The notes beneath the pieces were generated by a model. The model saw only the letters and a program-made list of their open reading frames with translations, had not been told where the DNA came from and ran no database searches. Positions 56,683-64,000 of a stretch of DNA of 64,000 bases are shown piece after piece. Origin of the DNA: Eledone cirrhosa (Eukaryota); assembly GCA_964016885.1 (NCBI GenBank), contig OZ024745.1:106206001-106270000 (forward strand), given 5' to 3'. Position numbers and translations under genes: made by a program. Positions within the stretch are counted from its first letter, which is position 1, and every line of letters starts with the position of its first letter.

Positions 56683-57205
56683 ACATCCATGAGCTCCGCT
56701 GATTTCACTTATGGATCCAGTCCGATCAATTGGAAGCGGTTACTTCTGACGGGACCCGCTTGAAGGGGTTTTTGAGGACTCTTCTACCACAACCCTCTCA
56801 GGAATAAGAGGGCGAAGAAGAAACAGAAAACACCCTACTGCTGCATTAAGTGTGGCAGAAACTCGAGTTCGGGAACTACTATAGGTACCCGATTACTATA
56901 GGTACCCACTTACGTGTGTTGCATTGAAGCGAATAACTATGTGTATACTCTGGGAGTGTACTTTACAGTACCTATTAAGTACGTTGAGATGCAACCGGTC
57001 CCAGCACTGATTCCTATGATGGGTCTGTCAACTTATTATATATGTATCGGCAACATCTTTTTCCATTTCTCCGAGGGTTATAAACCCCACTATCAGGCTA
57101 GACATTTCTTTAGTCTAAAACACGGTGAAAGCTTATAATTTCTAATTTTCAAACTCGCGCACCGTTTCAAAAACATACTTACATGTTTACATTTATAATT
57201 TGCTT

Positions 57206-57267
<62 letters not shown>

Positions 57268-57366
57268 ATATATATATATGTATATATATATGTATATATA
57301 TGTATATATATGTATATATATATATATGTATATATATATGTATGTATATATATGTATATATATATG

Positions 57367-57401
<35 letters not shown>

Positions 57402-57460
57402 GACGTAAAATAAGAAAATTAAAAAAAAATTTAAAAATTAACTTACTTACTAAAATGTTC

Positions 57461-57542
57461 ACTCCAACTAATTAGTTTCTGTAATGGGATAAAGATAGTT
57501 ACGTAATATAACCATCGAGAATTCATTACGTCATCAGGGAGT
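57461..57542 (-). ncRNA. Type I hammerhead ribozyme motif with complete core
   Basis: ACUCC-CUGAUGA-CGUAAUG(..)CAUUACA-GAAA-C(UAAUUA)G-UU^GGAGU; palindromic stem III ACUAAUUAGU. Confidence 0.72.
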
Positions 57543-58158
57543 CTATTCTCAGCTAAGTCTCCAGGCAATGCGTGGACACTAGGGGCTCATATAAAAATAA
57601 TAATAATTCGGTGGAAGGAACAGCTAGCGGGGACTGGATTCCATGCACTGAAAAAGTTCGCTGCCTCTGGTCAAATGGCAGATTCTAAAGAATCAATCAC
57701 GTGACACTGAGGCTAGTGGGAAGGAGTGGGTTGGTAAGATGTCAGAAGCCTACTACCACACCAATGAATTAGTAGCGGATTTGGCAGGTTTGCTCAACAA
57801 ATAAATAATTTGGAGATAAATATAGAGAATTAGTATATCCACCAACATATGCGTACAGATGTACACTAATGCTAGCAAATACATAAGTTGTGTCATAGTA
57901 CCTAGGTGGTTCAATCACCGGTGATTTGATCAGAAGTAAACACTGTATTTAAGGTCGAGTGACGCAACTTCGAGTGATTAGCGGCCCTTAGACTCACCTG
58001 ATCAATGAAACAATTGTTAATACTAGAAATAAAACCTTCTTGTACAGCCGACCACCATGTTATTCTTCAATCTTTCACTATATATATATATATATATATA
58101 TATACACTATACATATATAGACTATAAACACCAAGCTGGCATATCTAAGAACTGACTA

Positions 58159-58214
58159 ACTGCCTGATGAGGTCATAGCCATTCAATGGCTATCATCGAA
58201 ATATATATAGCAGT
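58159..58214 (+). ncRNA. Minimal type I hammerhead ribozyme with complete core, in a ~165-bp island between (TA)n tracts
   Basis: ACUGC-CUGAUGA-GGUC.AUAGCCAU(UCA)AUGGCUAU.CAUC-GAAA-U(AUAU)A-UA^GCAGU, followed by AATAAA. Confidence 0.8.
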
Positions 58215-58255
58215 AAATAAAGGATTATGAGTTCATGCAATTGACTTATGTTTCG

Positions 58256-58439
<184 letters not shown>

Positions 58440-58824
58440 AATAGATACATAGATAGAAAGAGAGGGAGAGGGACAGAAATAGTAGAAGAGATAAATGGAT
58501 GCATACGTACATATGTATTGTATAGTGACATAAACATGTGATGAACGAATATATCTGAAAAACATGACAGGATCTCAATAATTAAAGAAGAGAAATTGTT
58601 AGAAAGAGCGAAAGAATGAGAGAACGAGGGAGAGAAAGAGGAAGAGAAAGAGGGGAAGGAGATAGAGATAGAGATGTATATAGAGAGAGGGTTCGGGAGA
58701 GTGGGGCACAGGGATAAAGAAAGAAAGGCAGATGTGAAGAGACATAGAAAGAAATAGAAAGAAAGATATAAGGGGGTGGGGAATTGAAATTTGGAAAATA
58801 ACAGCATGTCAGCGGGAAATAACG

Positions 58825-58969
58825 AGAGAGAGAGAGATAGAGAGAGAGTGTGTGTGTGTGTGTGTGTGTGATAGAGAGAGAAATAGAGTGAAAGAGATAG
58901 AGATAGAGAGAGAGTGAGAGAGAGAAAGAGAGGGAGAGAGAGTGAGTGAGAGAGAAAGAATAGAGGGAA

Positions 58970-59006
<37 letters not shown>

Positions 59007-59410
59007 GAGAGAGAGAGTGGGGGAGGCGGGTAGAGATAGATTAAGAGAGAGAAATAGAGTGAGAGAGATAGAGATAGAGGAAGAGAGTAAGAGAGTGAGA
59101 GAGATAGAGACAGAGAGAGAGAGTGAGAGAGAAAGAGAGTGAGAGAGAAAGAGAGTGAGTGAGAGAGAAAGAGAGTGAGAGAGAGTGAGTGAGAGAGAAA
59201 GAGAGAGATAGAGGGAGAGAGAGAAAAAATGGAAAGAGAGAGAGAGAGACAGAGAGAGAGTGAGTGAGAGAGAGTGAGTAAGAGATAGAGACAGAGAGAG
59301 AGTGAGAGAGAAAGAGAGTGAGAGAGAAAGAGAGGGAGATAGAGAGAAAGAGAGGGAGAGAGAGTGAGTGAGAGAGAAAGAGAGAGATAGAGGGAGAGAG
59401 AGAAAAAAAT

Positions 59411-59470
<60 letters not shown>
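58825..59470. repeat. Compound (GA)n microsatellite with an internal ~180-bp duplication
   Basis: GAGATAGAGGGAGAGAGAGAAAAAA(A)TGGAAAG at ~59205 and ~59385. Confidence 0.9.
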
Positions 59471-59471
<1 letters not shown>

Positions 59472-59710
59472 CGGGGTGTGGAAGAAAGTAATAATGACAG
59501 AAGAGGATAAGACGGCTGAAAAAGTGTAAAATATAGCGGTGACATGGTCCGGCTGCCACATATGGAAATATTTAAACACGACGTTTACTTTACCAACTCC
59601 GAGTTCCTAAATTTGCAATAAACAATAATAATGACATTAGTGAATGTTTTTATATTCTAAAACACCAGATGTTTGCTTCTCTCGCCCAAGATCATCTGTC
59701 TCTGTTCTCA

Positions 59711-60330
<620 letters not shown>

Positions 60331-60625
60331 TACGCATAAATACGCGCGTATGCACGCATAGTAATACGTAATAACACGTACACACACTCACGTATATGCA
60401 CACAGAACATCTCACGTATTTTCGTACATACACTCATATATATATATCAACACATACGCAGGTACATAAGCACATACTCAGACTAATATACACAGTTTCT
60501 TACTTACATACACACTTTGTGAGTAGATCTATATACATATGCAAACATACATCCACACACATCGCCGTGCATATATAGATAGATATGTACGTACGTATGA
60601 ATGTATTCAATATACATATATCACC

Positions 60626-60805
60626 AATAATCGTTTCTAGTTTTGGCACAAGGCCAACAATTATCTGAGTGTATTACTGGTACTTTATTTTATCGACCCC
60701 GTAAGGATGAAAGGCAAAGTTAACCTCGGCGGGATTTGGACTCAGACGACAAAGGGCCGTAACTCTATGCTGTAAAGCATGGCGTCCGACCTTCTACTGA
60801 CACTG
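60626..60805 (-). mobile_element. SINE family A
   Basis: Core and tail match. Confidence 0.87.
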
Positions 60806-62158
60806 AGACACATAATACTACAACAACCACCTAATCTCTGACTTTATTTACTAGGTTAAAAATATGACTTTTGTAAGGTCTTTGAAAAGGGATAAATTAC
60901 TAAGATCTTATTACTGACTGAAAGTATTACTTGGTTCCACTTCACCGCAATCATGTGTGAGTTTATTATTTCTGTAACATACTTGGCAACAATGGACGGT
61001 GAATGGATTAGAGAAGCGCAATAAAGACCTTGTGAATTTACTCTGTGGAACAATGATGTATGCAATACATATCAAGAACGTTCACGTGTATTATAGTTGA
61101 ATACCAACTGATTCGTAGATGCAATCTTGGTTTTATGACGTCTTATGACGTCTCGGGTTTGATCCAACGGTGAGGCATCTTAGTAAAGTGATTTTTACCA
61201 TAGCTTCTGCCCTATTTTTGCCTTATTCGGTTGGTGGAAACTATCGCAGAATATCAGATTGTGTCAGTAATTCAAAAATCCACTCTTGTCTTGTATTGTG
61301 CTAAGCTAATTTACCTTGGGAATTCCGTTACGAATAAAACTAAAATAATACTGGTCATTGATAAATATTATTTATTTTTCGTCACAACAGAGTTATTTCT
61401 ATTTACCATTTAAATGCTCCCTGCATTAAATGTGCATATGTATATATGTATGTAAATGTATGTGTGTAGTTATTATATTAAAATAGGATTTTTAATATTG
61501 CATTACTAGATCTTGGCTAATTTAGCGTTCGTAAATCCATGTCTTTAAACATGTTTCAGGATCTTCACGGCACCATCTTCACGATAAAAATGGTTATAGT
61601 GGTGGTTGTTCACGTGTTTTACAGTAGAAGCAAAATAAACGTTGAAACATTAATAAAATCTTTAACGCCGTATATAAAAAATATTAGACGGTTGAGTTTC
61701 GGTAATGAATATGGATTGGATAGTTTCTGAATTAGATCGAGTTTGTACATATAAATATTTATGCATATGCATTTAAATGTTTGTTTTTATTTTTACTAAT
61801 GTTTGAGACTGTGTGTTTGTGCGAATACATGAGAAGACGTTAGTGGCTTTTTGTATATCCCTCTATCTATCTAGGGCGGGTAAAATTCCCGCCCTATATT
61901 TAACCAATCAATCCAACTTATGGAGTTCTATATTGTTTGTATCTACTCAATTTCAGTAGTAGGGTTAATATTGAGGCAAGTCAATGAGGAAAGATGATCG
62001 ACAACAGTCAGTACATAGGGATCATACCAAGAATATCATGGTATCATCAACAAAATATTACAAGAACACTAATTAACTGATGGGATTTTAGATCAGTGTT
62101 TGGGTAATGAGAGAGATTCTTTGTGTTCACCTCCAGTCTCTGTAGATCCTAGGTATAT

Positions 62159-62690
62159 AATTGTTTCTACTTTTGGCACAAGGCCAGCAATTATCCCAGT
62201 GCATTACTCGTACTTTATTTTATCGACCCAGTAAGGATGAAAGCAAAGTTAACCTCGGCGGGATTTGAACTCAGACCATAAAGGGAGGTAACTCTATGTT
62301 TCAAACATGATGCCCGACCCTCTACCGATACTGCCAATCCACCGCCCTAGGTATATAATTGTTTCTACTTTTGGCACAAGGCCAGCAACTACCCAGTGCA
62401 TTACTGGTACTTTATTTTATCGACCCCGTAAGGATGATTTCATTTCAATCGAATATGTAGTTTTCCTTCACGTGTAGAGAAAATTATTATCTATTTACTT
62501 TCTTAAGGACAGATATCCACAGCGAAGCGATAACGAAACGTGTTTGTTCTTCATAATAATAATTGTTTCTACTTTTGGCACAAGGCCAGCAATTACCCTA
62601 GTCCATTACTGGTACTTTATTTTATCTAGCCCTTAAGGATGAAAGGCAAAGTTAGCCTCACCCCGGGATTTGAATTCAGAACGTAGAGGA
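62159..62690 (-). mobile_element. Cluster of three SINE family A copies (62159-62348 full; 62357-62437 and 62555-62690 truncated)
   Basis: CCTAGGTATATAAT is duplicated on both sides of the first copy. Confidence 0.87.
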
Positions 62691-63574
62691 CCATAATCAG
62701 AACCTAACGGGAATAATAATAAAAAAATGATGGTGGAATAAACGAGGAAGCAAGTTTTCAAGTGATCACTCTACCTGTTAGAAATATCAGCCACATTTCC
62801 CCCAAATCCCAATCTATTTTCTTTAACCGGATACATTGATTAAGATAGTCCGACGTATACTCGGAAGCAAAAGACAACATGGTCAAGATTCAACACATTA
62901 GATCATAGATCTGTCCAGTTTGGTGGAAGTTAACAACAAAAATGTGCTTGGTTCAACGCGAATAAATCAATCAGTTTTTTGGTAATCATTTTAACGACTG
63001 TAACTTGAACCACGAAATTCAATTTGTATCATTAATTCTGTCACCACGTACACATTCGAGCGACCTGTGGTTATTTATTTATTTATTTATTTGTTATATA
63101 ACCCCAAAACAGATATATGGTTGGTTATAAAACAGATACAAATATCTTCACATATAAACACACCACACACGCATACATCATATACACTCACGCATATTAA
63201 TACAAGAAGTAAATGCTTATACATACACATACCTACATATGTCCTGGATCTAATTAACAGATGACCTAGTTAGCATTCACTTCTTATAACTGAACCGGCG
63301 GATCACTGCCAAGTACTGTCCCTACTCCTCTCTCCATCTTGCACCCACTACTCAACAATCATGAGTGGGCAAGACATAATTACGTACATACCATTTCACT
63401 CTTACACCTCTTGCATGGGTACACAAGACATTTCACATGACCACCATTACCAACACGTATTTGCATATTTTGGGGGTGATACCGAAATAGCAACACCCAC
63501 CTAGTGTTTATTTATTTAGCTGACGTCCCCCCCCTCTCTCCCTCCCTCTCCCCCCCCCCCTCTCTCTCTCTCTC

Positions 63575-63605
<31 letters not shown>

Positions 63606-63771
63606 TCTCTCTTTATAGAGAATATATATGTTATGTGTGTGTGTGTAATAAACTTGGCTGTTATATATATATATATATTTATTAAAATAACAGATTAAAG
63701 TTTAAGCAAAGAATCGCTGCTTTCACCCTTAACGGGATCTTCTATATTATATATATATATATATATATATC

Positions 63772-63824
<53 letters not shown>

Positions 63825-63865
63825 GGTAAACATAAATAACAAAATCGGTACAGTATATCGAAGGA

Positions 63866-63927
<62 letters not shown>

Positions 63928-63931
<4 letters not shown>

Positions 63932-64000
63932 GTAGAACACTGGAAGGTAATATCCGTAGTGGTAGAGCACTCAGTCCATGGGGCGAGTTAGTTAGAAGTA
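63928..64000 (-). mobile_element. Family P2 tail, continuing beyond the window
   Basis: Reverse complement of 11727-11795; abuts (TA)n. Confidence 0.75.

Overview
Eukaryotic, AT-rich, microsatellite-saturated DNA. The SINE families and (TA)n/(CA)n/(GA)n content best fit a cephalopod (Octopus-like) genome; this is an inference from recalled repeat sequences. No host exon, RNA gene or CRISPR array could be supported, and nearly all listed ORFs are microsatellite read-throughs or antisense frames of transposons. Recognisable content: six Tx1/L1-clade LINE fragments, an R4/Dong-like and a HERO-like RLE non-LTR fragment, an I/Jockey-group LINE relic, Naiad-like Penelope (GIY-YIG) 3' ends, about 16 copies of a tRNA-headed SINE, an RTE-type non-autonomous retroposon, Helentron/HINE-like elements, a deleted mariner and a 36-bp minisatellite. 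The main unexplained signal is a dense set of about 20 hammerhead ribozyme (HHR) motifs, several with complete cores, from roughly ten unrelated short elements. These sit in (TA)n tracts, often form fold-back palindromes centred on or next to the ribozyme, and share a GAGTRC motif near their 3' ends. A second notable signal is that the abundant SINE shares its terminal ~30 nt with the Tx1 LINE.
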